Shown: positions 1 to 12,200 of the stretch, piece by piece
How the letters are laid out: each line of letters begins with the position of its first letter
Position numbering within the stretch: the stretch's first letter is position 1
From: Naegleria gruberi
Lineage: Eukaryota
Assembly: GCA_000004985.1 (NCBI GenBank)
Contig: GG738862.1
DNA: 64,000 nucleotides
Reading direction: 5' to 3' (one strand)
Program-made: the position numbers and the translations under genes
Notes under the pieces: model-generated
The model's database searches: none
The model's input: the letters and a program-made list of their open reading frames with translations, nothing else
Told to the model about the DNA's origin: nothing

Positions 1-1631
1 ATTAGCTCTATTCCAGATGCACTGTTTAATTTACCACTCCTTGAAAAGTTGTCATTGCTTGTCTACTGCTCCAGTCTAACAAAATGTTCAAAAATTAACC
101 CAAAACCATTGGATAATTTGAAAAAGGTAAAGCTTGTATTTTTTGAATACGAGAACGGTGAGCTTCCAATATCATTCTTTCATTTCAGAAAATGTAGCAA
201 TATTGAAAAAATTAGATTTGAAGAGGAAAGTCAAAAGGTATTAGTGGATATGAATGATTTTTCAAATTTTCCATTATTGAAAAGTCTAGCAGTAACAGCT
301 GGATCTGCTTCTAACTGGAATAGTCCTATTTGCACTCTGGAATCATTGGCAATTAATGTAAAAAAACAATGCTCAGTTACACTCACAGGACTAGACAAAC
401 TGAAGCGTTTGGAATATGTATCACAAAATATGAATAGTCTGGTTCAATATCTAAATGATAACTCTAATGATTGTATTAGAGATTTGAATATTTCTGGAAA
501 GGATATTTCAAAGTTCACATCATTTCCCTGTTGTTTGGAAACCCTCACCATTACACACATGTATCTAAAAGAAATTAATGAGAGATTTGTGAACATTGTC
601 AAGAACCAAACCAACCTTAGAAAACTAGTCATTGAGGAATCCAAATTCGACCTGGTTCCACTCTTGGAATCGCTCACTTGTCTCATCCATCAAATTAGCA
701 AAATACAATTGAGTGGTGAATGCTATCCTATACCATACTCTGAATCCAAATATATTACCAATTTACTCAAAGTCATATCAATATATGACTCCAAGAAAAT
801 AGATCTCAAACTCAGTGGTTTTAATTATACATTCTCAAATCAATCAACTGGATATCTCATCTCTCAAATCNNNNNNNNNNNNNNNNNNNNNNNNNNNNNN
901 NNNNNNNNNNNNNNNNNNNNATCAGTCAAATACAGAAAACATTGCAAACTAAAGCTAGCACATCAGACTTATTCGTAGAAACTGTAGACAGGGAAAAGAG
1001 AAGGAATTCCATTGCTGAAGAGAAACTTCTTTCTGAAAACGAAACTTTGAGACAAGAAAAAGTTGATCTGTTGGGAAGAATCAGAGAGCTTGAAGAGAAG
1101 CAGAACAAGAGTGATGAACTTATTCGAAAGTTAGAATTGGAACTGGCCTCTTTCAGAAATAGAGAATCAATGGAAGTTACTGATTCAAAAACTGAACTAA
1201 TCCTTAATGAGATTACTAACTTATCTGCCAGAAATCAAGATATGATTTTTAATTACATGCTTGAGATTATTCCAAATGAGAATGATTCCGAATCTGAACT
1301 ATTCATTTCTCTCCTATCAAAATCTGTTTACAAATTAGAACCTGTTGATGAAAGACAGCAAATTAGCATGGCATGGGATAAGTTTAACTCCTCAATTATG
1401 AAACGTTTACCAAACTGCTACAAATTATTAATAGAAAACAAAGTTTACAAAGACAAATTCTTTGAAATTTTGAAGAATTGTCAAAGAATTAGTGATTTAT
1501 GTGAACAGTCACGAATTCCAAAGATTAGAATGGAGTGGGGTTCGTCTAAAGCAGGAATGGAGTGTATCTGCCCAGGAATAATGGCTGCCAATAGAGTAAT
1601 AGTCGATAGCATTTATTCTAAATATTTCTAA
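1..1631 (+). CDS. 5'-partial gene: leucine-rich-repeat region followed by coiled-coil region; spans the 50-N scaffold gap
   Basis: ORFs 49..978 and 942..1631. The reading frame is already open from nt 1 (IPDALFNLPLLEKLSL...), so the CDS starts upstream of the window; the M at 49 is a TTG. LxxLxL-type repeats in the first part; heptad-rich ETLRQEKVDLLGRIRELEEKQNKSDELIRKLELELAS in the second. The frame changes across the N-run, as expected for a gap of unknown length. Stop TAA at 1629-1631. Confidence 0.5.
871..920. other. assembly/scaffold gap (50 N)
   Basis: Run of exactly 50 n inside an open reading frame. Confidence 0.97.
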
Positions 1632-1637
1632 TAAAGG

Positions 1638-3289
1638 TTATTCGAAATGATTGACAGCCATGTGAGTCATAAAGGTGACAGTGGTTGTTACTTGCTTTGT
1701 TGCATCTGTTGGTATAACATCCACTCTCAAAGCATTAGCAGCACTCAAAGACAATCTCACTCTAAATATATCTCCAATACTCATGGACGAAACATCCACT
1801 TTCAGATCTGCCTGAAATACACAACCCATCTCATCAACAAAATTAACCTTTTTGACAGCTCTATAAATTTTGATTTCAATAATAGATGCATCAGTATTCT
1901 TTACAAATTGCTTATCAACATAGAATTGATCAGTGATTTCCTGATTAATGTTAATCATTGAGGAAAATACTCCAGTGCAAACGAAAGGTTCAGCCGAATC
2001 TCCCTCAATTCTCTTAAGTCTCTTCTCATCATCCTTACCAAATTTAAATGCTCTCTCACTTTCAATACCATAGGCATGTTTTGATCTTCTGCATGCAATC
2101 TTGTCTGGATTTCTTCCCAAATAGGCAGCACCTTTTACAACAGATTCAGATCCAAATGAAGGAACGACAATTTTACCCTTTGCCAACTCTTGAAAGACTT
2201 CCATTCTCTTCATAAGAAGTTTGGATTGTGAAAAGCCACCAACAAAGATTAAATAATTATAAATATCCTTATCAAGAATAGAATTGACAAAATCTTCAAT
2301 TTCAGCAAAAACTGAACCAAATACTTCAGTTTCTAATTCTTTCTTTGAAACTACAATGGAATCTAACTTGTACATTGAGTGACCTTTGAGACTTGGAATT
2401 GTGACTTTAAGTGGACAATATCCTTCATAATTAAACATTGTAATCTTTTGACTTTCCCATTGATTAGTAATATTTTGAATGTCAATGGAAGACAATGCAG
2501 AGTACAAATCGCCAAGTTTCGTTTTCAAATACTCTAACAAGAGTCTGTCTAATTTGGTACTTCCAGCATTGATTGCAGTAGAATACCTTGAACACTTTAA
2601 TTTACCATTCAATACACTGACAGCTGTCACATCAACAGTACCACCTCCAGCATCAACAACCAAATATCTTTCCCCATCTTTCATTTGCAATTGACTTTTA
2701 CATTCTTCCAAAATGTAAACAGCAGCAGCTTCAGGTTCCAACAAGAACATGAGAGTTTCTTCACCAGGATCTTCTTCTTCTACCAAACCAGCTTCAAAGA
2801 ACACCTTTTTAATAACTTGAATGTGTTCTCTTTCCCAATTTGCAGGAACAGTTGAAACCCAACGAACAGAATGAGGATCAAGTTTATACTTGGTTAAAGC
2901 AGAAGCAGAGAATAGTTTCAAATAGTCTGCTAGAACTTTAACCACACTGAATGATATGCCATTCACTACCATTTCCTTATCTTCGTCTGGATCAATAAAT
3001 AGAGCTTGTTTCATTCCTGTGAGAAAGTAATAGTTGACTTTAACGTCATCTGTCATGGCAAAGTATTTCTTGCTTGCTTCGTAACCAATGCTATCCACCT
3101 GGAGAAATGAATTGTATAATACACATGTCTTGTTTTTCAGTTGACTTTTACCATTTTCATCATCGTGTCTAACAGTTTCAGGTGTTTGTGAAGTTTGAGG
3201 AAGAACACAAATACCACTCAGTGTCGATCCTAGATCGAGAGAGACGTTTGTTTTAGTGAGTGTGTCAATGAATCCTACCATTTTTTTTA
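1638..3289 (-). CDS. Hsp70-superfamily ATPase, HSPA12-like (actin/hsp70 fold)
   Basis: Continuous 583-codon ORF. VVDAGGGTVDVT phosphate-2 motif and hsp70/actin-like ATPase core. Likely true start is the A-rich AAAAAAATG (MVGFIDTL...) at about 3289 rather than the ORF-track start at 3389. Converges on the upstream + gene with only 6 bp between stops. Confidence 0.6.
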
Positions 3290-3434
3290 AATATTGGAAG
3301 TAAATTGACGTGTTGACATTGAAGGATGGTTGGGAATTGTCAAAGACGTGTGACAAAACTTGACGAGTGATACAAAAACGTGGTGGCAATTAATTGTATC
3401 AATTTTGAGCTGCTATTATGCTTGTCCAATTGGT

Positions 3435-4922
3435 TTATTATTTATATTGATTCCTTTAATTCAACTTGTTGCTTAGTTTGAACTACAGAATTAACTACTT
3501 GCTTTTCAGAGGAGTGATTAGAATCATTCTTTCTATCCTTAATCTTCTTCCACACAATTTCAATGAAATCAAACACAGCACGTTTATGTCTAACTCTAAA
3601 ATCATGAACATAATAAATCAAACAACTACAATTCCAATACTTAAGGTCAATCAAAAATTCAAAAAGAAAAACGTACGCATTAACAAAAGATCCGCCAATA
3701 ATGTTACCAATTGTTACTGGCAACAAATTCATAATGAAAAAGTCATAGAGAGTTACATTAGCTCCGTACTGTTAAAATCAATGAGAATTCTATTAACTAT
3801 TTGTGGATTAGAAAACTTACAAGCATGCCAAGTGGAATATAGAATGCATTAGCGATAGAGTGTTCAAATCCAAGAGAAACGAATGACATTACAGGAAACC
3901 AAATACCAATAATCTTTGATTGTACTGTAGTAGCTGCTGTTGCATTGAAAACTCCCAATGTAACAAGCATGTTACAAATAATTCCCAATAATACTTGATT
4001 TCCAAATGTCTTATTTGTCTTGGCTTCAGCTAAATGTTTAATATATTCAATCCAATGAGCTGAGCAACATGGTTGTGGCAAATACATGAAGAGATAGGCA
4101 AATATAAAAGCTCCAAAACAATTAAAAATGTAGGTTAGGAATAAGTTCTTCGAAAATTGAGCATATCTAATCAATTTGAGTAAGCATCCAACAATTAAAA
4201 CTTACTGGATGAGAATCTTCTTCGACCTCCAATTTCTCGAGAACAATCCAATCAATACAATCACTACATTTCCTGTAAACAATTCAGAACCAGTAAGATT
4301 GATCAAAATCAACCCAATTGGAAAGACACTATTCAAATAAATAAGCTCAATAACTTGAAAGAACTACTTACGCTCCACCAAAGAATTTTTGAATTCCAGG
4401 ATTTGTTTCTTCCAAACCAGGAGAATTACCTGCTGTAATCACAGTTACTGCACCAGCCAGTCCTTTGAAAATACCAGCAAATAATGACAATATTATCAAT
4501 TGATCAATTGTTAACTTTGATTTCCTAATACCATCTGCCTTGAATTTATCCAAAACCATAGCAGGTGTATTAAATAATACCAAATCTTTCTTCTCTGGTA
4601 TTGGTGTTTCATCATGATGCTTTTCATCAGATAGATGATTACTTGTTAATGTCGATGGAATTGATGATCTCGACAAGACTCTCGGATTCTTTTCCAAGTC
4701 ATTCTCCTCAACATCCAAAATAAATTCCTCCTCTTCTCCATGTTCAGTCGATGCTGAATTTGGGTGTTGTTGTGGGTGTTGTTGTTGTTCTAGTTGAATA
4801 GCATTAAATTCCTTGGCCACCTTGATCGTATTAAGGTTCAACAGCACTGGTGAGTGTAATTCCTCTCCGGATCCGCTCGCTGTTGATACGAGGTGGTGTT
4901 GTTCTTGTTCTTGTTGGCTCAT
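3435..4922 (-). CDS. formate/nitrite transporter (FNT) family channel, tandem paralog A; 5 exons
   Basis: Hand-spliced exons approx: 4370-4922 / 4260-4326 region (GLILINLTGSELFTGNVVIVLIGLFSRNWRSKKILIQ) / 3797-4174 (YAQFSKNLF...FEHSIANAFYIPLGML) / about 3620-3740 (YGANVTLYDFFIMNLLPVTIGNIIGG) / 3435-3600 (C-terminal tail). Matches FocA-family motifs (FTG, FEHSIAN, TIGNIIGG). Introns 41-80 nt, GTAAGT/GTACGT...AG. Confidence 0.8.
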
Positions 4923-5261
4923 GATAATTTGTCAGTTCCTCTCAATTTAATATGAAAATGAGCGAGACGACCTGTTGTGGTGTTTTTTTTTTGTTTCCTT
5001 AAACTCCAACACAACGGATTCTTGATTACGTTTGTGTGTTTCTGGGAAGGGGTACTTAAAAGTGAGGGTGAACATAATAAGGACCTAGAATAGTAATTGT
5101 TTCTGGTGGTTTCGGTTATTTTTTTCCATTGTTGTCGTCCATGATTGTTGGATGCAGAGCATAAATTTCGCCAAAAAAAGGCCTTTGAAAAAATGTCAGT
5201 TCGATCTGGTCATATTTGAAATTAGGTCAGCATTGTTTCATGAACCAGAGGCGGTTTATTC

Positions 5262-6825
5262 TAAACATGTTTTGAAGTATTTTCTTTCAGTTCAATATTT
5301 GAGTCGGTGTTCTTGTTGTTGTTGGATTTGTTATCTTTGATCCTTTTCCACAATTTTTCGAGACCATTAAAGATTGCTCTTTGATGTCTAACTCTATAAT
5401 CATGAACATAGTATAACAAACATCTGATTATTAATTGTTTTAATTAACCATTAAAAAGAATTGATTAACTTACGCATTAAAGATGGCTCCTCCAATAATA
5501 TTTCCAATCGTTACAGGAAGTAAGTTGCCAATGAGGAAGTCATACACTGTGACATTAGCTCCATACTTTTAAAATATATAGTAATCATATGAATCAGATA
5601 CTTACATGCATACCAAGTGGAATATAGAATGCATTGGCAATAGAGTGTTCGAATCCAAGTGCCACAAATGACATAATAGGAAACCAAATTCCAATGACTT
5701 TGCCTCCTAGGGTAGTTGCTGCATTGGCATTGTAAATTGCTATAGTAACCAACATGTTACAAATAATTCCCAAGAGAACAAGACTTCCAAAGGTTTTTGT
5801 TGTTTTTGAGACGGCTGAATTTTGGATAAACGTTATCCAGTGAGCAGAACAACATGGTTGAGGAAGATAAATGAAAAAGTATGCAAACATATAAGCCCCC
5901 AAGCAATTGAAAATGTAGCTCACAAAGAGATTCTTTGAAAATTGTGCATACCTTGAATAATGTGTTAGAAAATTGAGCTCATGGATCTTACTTACTGAAG
6001 TAAAAACTTTTTGGCTCTCCATTTCCTTGCAAATAATCCAATCAAGAGAACAAGTACATTTCCTGTAAATAATTCAGATCCAGTAAAAACAATCAGCATC
6101 AAGCCAACTGGAAAAACACTACAACATGGTTATTATAATATGTTTCGAATAACTTACGCTGCTGCTAATAGCTTTTGCAATCCAGGATTCTCCTCCTCCA
6201 GTTTAGCTACATTTCCTCCTATTAAGGTAGCCATCGCACAAGCAAGTCCTTTGAAAATCCCAGCAAATAACGAAAGAATAATCAATTGGTCAATTGTTAA
6301 TTTAGACTTTTTGATACCATCAACTTTCATTTTTTCAAGAACCATCTTTGGAGAATTAAACAATACAATATCAGGATGAGTATTGATAATCTGTTGTTGA
6401 ATAACTGGTTGTTGTCCTGAATTTTGATTTGCATTTGTTGTCGTCGTCGATGACTCTTTAGAAGCCTTCACATTCTTTTCCTTCTCTCGAACTTCCACAA
6501 TGTCGACAACAACCGTATCGACATCTTTGGTCGATTCTGGAGCCGAAATCTGCTGCTGCTGTTGCTGACGAACAATGGGTTTCTCCTGACTTTCTATTGG
6601 CTGCATATTCGTAAAAGATGAAGAACCAAAAGAATTTTGTTGTTGTACTTGCATGATATCATTCATCGAGTTGTTATTAGTAGTAGTCGAATTAGTATTA
6701 TTAAAGAGGAGCATTGTATTTTCAGTTTGTGGTGGTGGCATTGCCGGATGATAACTCAACAAATTGATAGTAGAATCAATGGATTCGTCGCGGTAAAGGA
6801 GTTGTTGCTGTTGTTGAGTGGACAT
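5262..6825 (-). CDS. formate/nitrite transporter (FNT) family channel, tandem paralog B; 5 exons
   Basis: ORFs 6154..6825 and 5594..6022 plus small 3' exons. Same exon/intron architecture and phases as paralog A (exon 1 ends ...GLQKLLAAA|GTAAGT; FEHSIANAFYIPLGM; LLPVTIGNIIGG). Long N/Q/T-rich N-terminal extension. Start AAAAAAAATG at 6825; stop TAG at about 5262. Confidence 0.8.
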
Positions 6826-7187
6826 TTTTTTTGTGTGTTTGTTTTTTTAAAGAAGGAACAATGCTCAAAAAGGCGCGCTCATTACAAAAAGTAGCCGAAA
6901 TGAAGTTTGCAGTACGAACTACTCAGATACAGCTGTAGTAGGGGAAACTATTTGGGAATAGTTCAGAATGGTTAGTAATCAGCACACTCGAGCACTTGAG
7001 AGAATGATCAATTGTGAGATTTTTTTTTTCAATATGAAAATAAATTATGTTTATTTGTGAAAAGCGGAAAGTACAATTGAGAGAAAGAGAGTGGAAAAAT
7101 GGGGAATCAAGAAAAAGATTTTTTGCATGTAGTGGATTGGATTCGTTTACAGTTTAGAATAAAATTTCTTTATATCCGAAAGGTATC

Positions 7188-8438
7188 TTATTCCATATCA
7201 TTATCAGATAAAACACTATTTGGTGCTGATCCAGATTTTTGCTTAATTAGAACATTTTCCTTAATAAATGTTGAAAGTGCGAGTGCCATCTTCTCATCTC
7301 CAGTAACATGTGGATGTCCATCACAACCCCATTCGTTTGGTTTCAATGTTCCCATAACTTTGGATAAATCATAGTAAAATACAGTCTTTCCATAATTGGC
7401 TTGTCTTTCAGCAATTTGTTTCACATATTGAATGTTACCAAGATGAAGTTTCTAATAAATTTCCAATAAATTTCAAACGAAAGAAACTAAACTTACCACA
7501 AGAACCAATTTCAAATTTGGATTCCTTACCAAATACTTTGCCTTAATAAGATCTATAACTTTCTGATAGCCAGCTCCAAATTCTTCCAATGAAGGTCTTG
7601 GAGGAGTACTAAAATCATTAGTTCCCAAAGAGATTACAACCAAATCTGGAACCACGGAGAAATTCCAAGGTTTTGTGGCATCGTTGGCCAAAGTTCTGCC
7701 ATAGAAAAGTGGAAGAGGATCCTTGGAGACAGTTGACTTGTCGCCATAGTTTCTAACCATTCCTTTACCACTCCAACATTGAACGTGTGAAGTTGTGGCA
7801 TTGAGATATCTGGCAGTTTTTTGGACGAAACTCTCATGAACATTTTCAGTAGCTGCTTCAAAGTGACATGGAGCTACTTTCAAATTTCCATATCCGCAAC
7901 TAATGGAATCACCAATAAATTCCATCTTGAAACTTTTAGACGAAACTATTGGACTCAAAGATTTGATTAAGGCATCACTTTTCAAAATTACAAAACCAGA
8001 AAACCAAACAATTCCAAAACTAGCTTCAGTTCTCTTCTCAATTTCAACTTCGATATTATAAGAATTTGAAGATTGCCTTGCCCATTTGAATTCAACAGAA
8101 TATCCACCATTCTTGGCATCTCTTGGTGTGGTTGCTGAAATGACAAGTGAAGTTAACAATGTCAAACGTTTGTGTTGATCGTTGAGAAGCCAAACGTTGG
8201 CATTGTAAAAGTTTTTAGTTTCTTTCAATTTGACAATTAGTGGAAGAGTTGGTTGAGAATTATCTTGAATGTAATATAAACGAGTAGCCATGGTAAAACC
8301 AGACCAATCGAATAGAATTTGGTCTCCTTGTGTGAAGTAACGACCATTCGAATAAATTACTTGTGGTGATTTAGCCGAAATGGTCAAGGAATAAACAAGG
8401 TGTGAACATAACAAGACACTAACAGCAATTAAACACAA
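7188..8438 (-). CDS. secreted SGNH/GDSL hydrolase (carbohydrate-esterase-like: N-terminal beta-sandwich + GDSL domain); 2 exons
   Basis: ORF 7473..8438 contains FIGDSISCGYG (GDS(x) block I) and VISLGTNDF (block III). The second exon (ORF 7188..7424) contains DGHPHVTGDEKMA (block V DxxH). Intron GTAAGT...TTAG at about 7430-7475. The 5' end is uncertain: the track start is a TTG, and the nearest upstream ATG (about 8453) is in another frame. Confidence 0.65.
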
Positions 8439-8568
8439 TTTTGAGAACTGACATTTTTTTTAATTATGTTTCGTCTAAATCGATTGTTGTAATCAACAAA
8501 GAGAGAATCATTGGTTCACTAATAAAAATGTTGTATTAAATTTATTACAAAAAACCAAGACAAAAAAA

Positions 8569-9219
8569 ATGGCGCCACTCGCAGTTGCTGTTGGTTGTGA
8601 AGCTTTGTTAATCTCATCATGCCTCTTCGGAATTCATAAATCGATCAAGTACAAGCCTAAAAATTACTTTGGATTTGTATTATTATTTGCATCGATCGCT
8701 GTGGCTGCAGTGTTGGGTATTGGTAATTATGCTTCATTGCATCCATCACTGATTACTATTCATCCGATTGTGAGTGGTTATGTGACTAATAGTATTTTGC
8801 CACTCTTGTTACCATTCTCTGTTTATCAAGCTCTTGATTGTGGACCTGTTCGTATGTCAAAGAATGTTGGACAAGTAGTTTTGGGAGTGTTGATTAGTTT
8901 GATTGCTTTTTTGATTTATAATCCTAAATTTATTACTACTCAATTGGGTGTGGAAGGAGAGGTTATTGTTATTGGATCAGTTGTTTTATGTGTTGTATTT
9001 TCAATTTATGGACTTGTTGCTGGTTATTCCAGATACAGATGCAAGAATATGATTCTATGTGTATTGACAATGCTTTTGGCAGATACTATTTTAAGTAAGA
9101 ATTTATTGGGAACCTTGAATATTAAGACTGACCCTTTTGGAAGTGTTGATGTTTTCCACATTATCTTTGCACTTGCTATGGTATTTTTAGGAAATGTATC
9201 TGGTGGTGCCACCTTTTAA
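8569..9219 (+). CDS. small polytopic membrane protein (about 6 TM), unknown function
   Basis: 216-aa ORF with A-rich Kozak-like start context; several hydrophobic helices; no recognisable motif. Confidence 0.45.
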   Translation: MAPLAVAVGCEALLISSCLFGIHKSIKYKPKNYFGFVLLFASIAVAAVLGIGNYASLHPSLITIHPIVSGYVTNSILPLLLPFSVYQALDCGPVRMSKNVGQVVLGVLISLIAFLIYNPKFITTQLGVEGEVIVIGSVVLCVVFSIYGLVAGYSRYRCKNMILCVLTMLLADTILSKNLLGTLNIKTDPFGSVDVFHIIFALAMVFLGNVSGGATF

Positions 9220-9243
9220 TGTATTATAGACTAAAATGAATAT

Positions 9244-12200
9244 TTATTGTCCCAAGAATTGATCTTTCAAAGCTCTATAGTTGGAATATGACTTTCTCTT
9301 GTCAGCAGCTGCCTTTTCAATCTTTTCATCAAGCTCATTTTCATTTGGATCATCAGCCTTCATTTCTTCCAACATGAGTAAATCAGTAGTCTTCAAGTTA
9401 TACTTGTAGAGGGAGTAAGCTAAATGGCTAGTGTTTGGATTAGCTTGTTTATGAACTGTGACAGCTCTACTTTGCATCTTCTTAATAACATTCAACATGG
9501 CAATAGCTCTCTTTGGAGTATACTTGCTGGTCATCTTGAACAACATAAAGTAAACTCTAAGACTAGCAGCAACATTGTTACAAATTTGAGCAAATGAGGT
9601 ACATTTTGGAGTGTATCTTCCTCTAATTTGGAATGCAGCATGCTTGTATTGAATGATATCTCTTAAAGACATGAGCTTTTCATTGATTTCTTGTTCAGTG
9701 GCAATATTAGGAGTTGAAGCAAAGTGTTCCAAGTTGTGAATATTACTCAAAAGAATTGATTTCAAATTCAAAACGGATGCTTCAAGAGCCTTGATATGTC
9801 TGACATCTCCTTTGGTCATTGTTGGTTCTTCCTTCAAACATCTTTGAATGAAGAAATAACATTGGTTACACTTTTCCAATGATTGATAGCTCAAACGAGT
9901 CTTGTCAATATTCAATTTGAGGTATTCAGATTCAGCCAATCTATACAAGCTGAATACTTTAGTCTTGATACTGAATTGAGAATTGGTTGCAAGTTGGCAA
10001 CAATATTTGATCATCTTTTCAGTGTTGTTACAACCATCAGCTTTGAAAATTGGTTCATATCTGGAATATAAATATGTCAACTTGAGGAGAATATTCAAAT
10101 CCAACTCTGTAATATGCTCAGGTAAAATATTGTTCAACATATTTCTATTTGTACAAGCTCCTGGTGTAATTAGGGATGCTGAAATGTCACCATCAAGAGA
10201 AGAGGGTTGAATATCAGGCAACATGTAATCCTTGTTGAGGGTCTTGGCTGCCAAATACCTAGTCAAATTCAAAATTTCAAGAGAAGTGCCAGAGAAATAC
10301 TTTTGTTGGAAGTACTTTTCAAATAATCTCAAGGCATGCAAATTGTTAGAATCTTTACAAAGATTGTTTTCAGCCTCTTTAACAATTTCATTCAAAACTG
10401 AATCGCCAATTGGTCTGAAAACATTTTCACTTCTAGTTTTCAAGATATCATCCATGAGACCGTATCCATCTTCACCTGGGTCCATTTCAGGATCAGCATT
10501 TTCAGCATGTTTTCTGTTCAACAAAGCCATTTGCAAATCTACCAATGGCCACATTCTTTCACCAAAACATTCCTTAAGTTCTGAATCCTTTTCAGTCTTC
10601 TTCTTTCTTCTAGAACCTTGAACCAATACTGGTACATTCCATCTCAAAAGAGTTTCCATTTCTACATCACCAGTAACTGTTGGAACCTGTTGTTGAAGGA
10701 AGAGCAATAAATTGATAGTAATACCCTTGATTGGTTTTACCATCTTGACTTCAATATCAAAAGAAAGTCTGGAATTGATATTTGTACCAACAATTTGTTC
10801 ATTCCAACGAGTATCATTACCTAATTGTTCAATTTTGAAATTGAGAGCTTTTTGATTTTTCAAAACTGTCTTGAATTTAAAGTATTCATCAATTTCTTTC
10901 AATTCTTTACCATCAACTGTAATTTGAGCAGTCAAATAGAGTTGATAGGCATCCAATGTTTGTTTGGATTCATTACCATTGCTTGTACTTCTTTTACCAT
11001 ATCTTAACAAGAGGGATTGATCCAAATAAATGTCATATTGATATCCTGTAAGAGAAGCAAGAACTATTGGGTCAACTTCTAGCAAACTTAGCAATTCGAA
11101 TGTCATCTTCTTCTTTGGTGTGAATTTGATGCATTCAATAATTGGATCACCATTTAATAAAACGATGGTAATAGAGTTATTTACATATTTGAGTTTGTTC
11201 AACAATGAGTAAGAATTGGAGTTACCAGGTACGTTATGTGTCATGGAAGCAGCCAAATCCAATCCCTTGTTAGGATCAGTTGGGAAGAAAGATGCCATCA
11301 TAGTATTCATAATATTATTAGTAGCATCTGTACTTGTGGAATCAACAGATACATCTCCAACATCAAGAAATTCGAAATTTGGATTTTGAATGTGTTGTTG
11401 CAAAGTATCAAATTGTTTGATTTTCTTAGATTGATCATTATCTGTAATATTCTCATCTACATCATCAAATTTTCTCTTTGGTCCTCTTCTTTCATGTTGA
11501 AGAACATGTGACGGTGGAGGAGCTTGTTGAACATTTCTTGATGGTTGTTGTTGAACAGCAGTAACAACTGGAGGAATCATCTCCTGTTGTTGCTGTGGAA
11601 CGATTGAAGAGGCAGCTGCAAGAATACCTGGTGATGTCTCAAATGCAGCATTATAGTCATAAGAGTTTCTGTAAAACATGGAATCTTGATCTGGGATTCT
11701 TAGCCATGATGTTAATGGAGTGGCAGGTAAAACTTCTTGTCCAGCAGGAATAACAAACTGTTGTGCATTGAATTGATTGTTAAGTGCAGTGTTAAATAAC
11801 TGTTCTTGATTACTGTTTACATTGTTTGCTGGAGGAGTATTTCCATACTCAAAACATCCATCAGCAAACAATTCATCAAAATCATCAAACAATGTAACCT
11901 GTTTACGACCTGTTTGTTGTTGATACATTGGATTTGTTTGCATGTGGTGTTGTGGATAGTTAAAATTTGGGTCAGAAATATAGAAATTGGCTGGAGTTTG
12001 ATTGTTGGATGTAAAAACATGTTGTTGTGGTGGTGGATTTTGGAATGTTTGAAGGGAAGGTAAAATGTTCTGTTGAGGAATTACAAAATTTGGTTGTTGT
12101 GCAAATGCAGTGCTAGTTGTGCTCGAGTGATGTTGTTGATTATTGGACAATTGGTGATGATAACCATGGTTGTGATGATGTGTTAGTGGTGGTAGATTGT

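Noticed and set aside
4175-4367. Initially read 4262-4326 (TTTACAG...) as intron sequence of FNT paralog A
   Set aside because: Translation gives GLILINLTGSELFTGNVVIVLIGLF, the conserved FNT TM2 / FTG region. The real introns are the shorter GTAAGT...AATAG (43 nt) and GTAAGT...GATTAG (41 nt) segments on either side.
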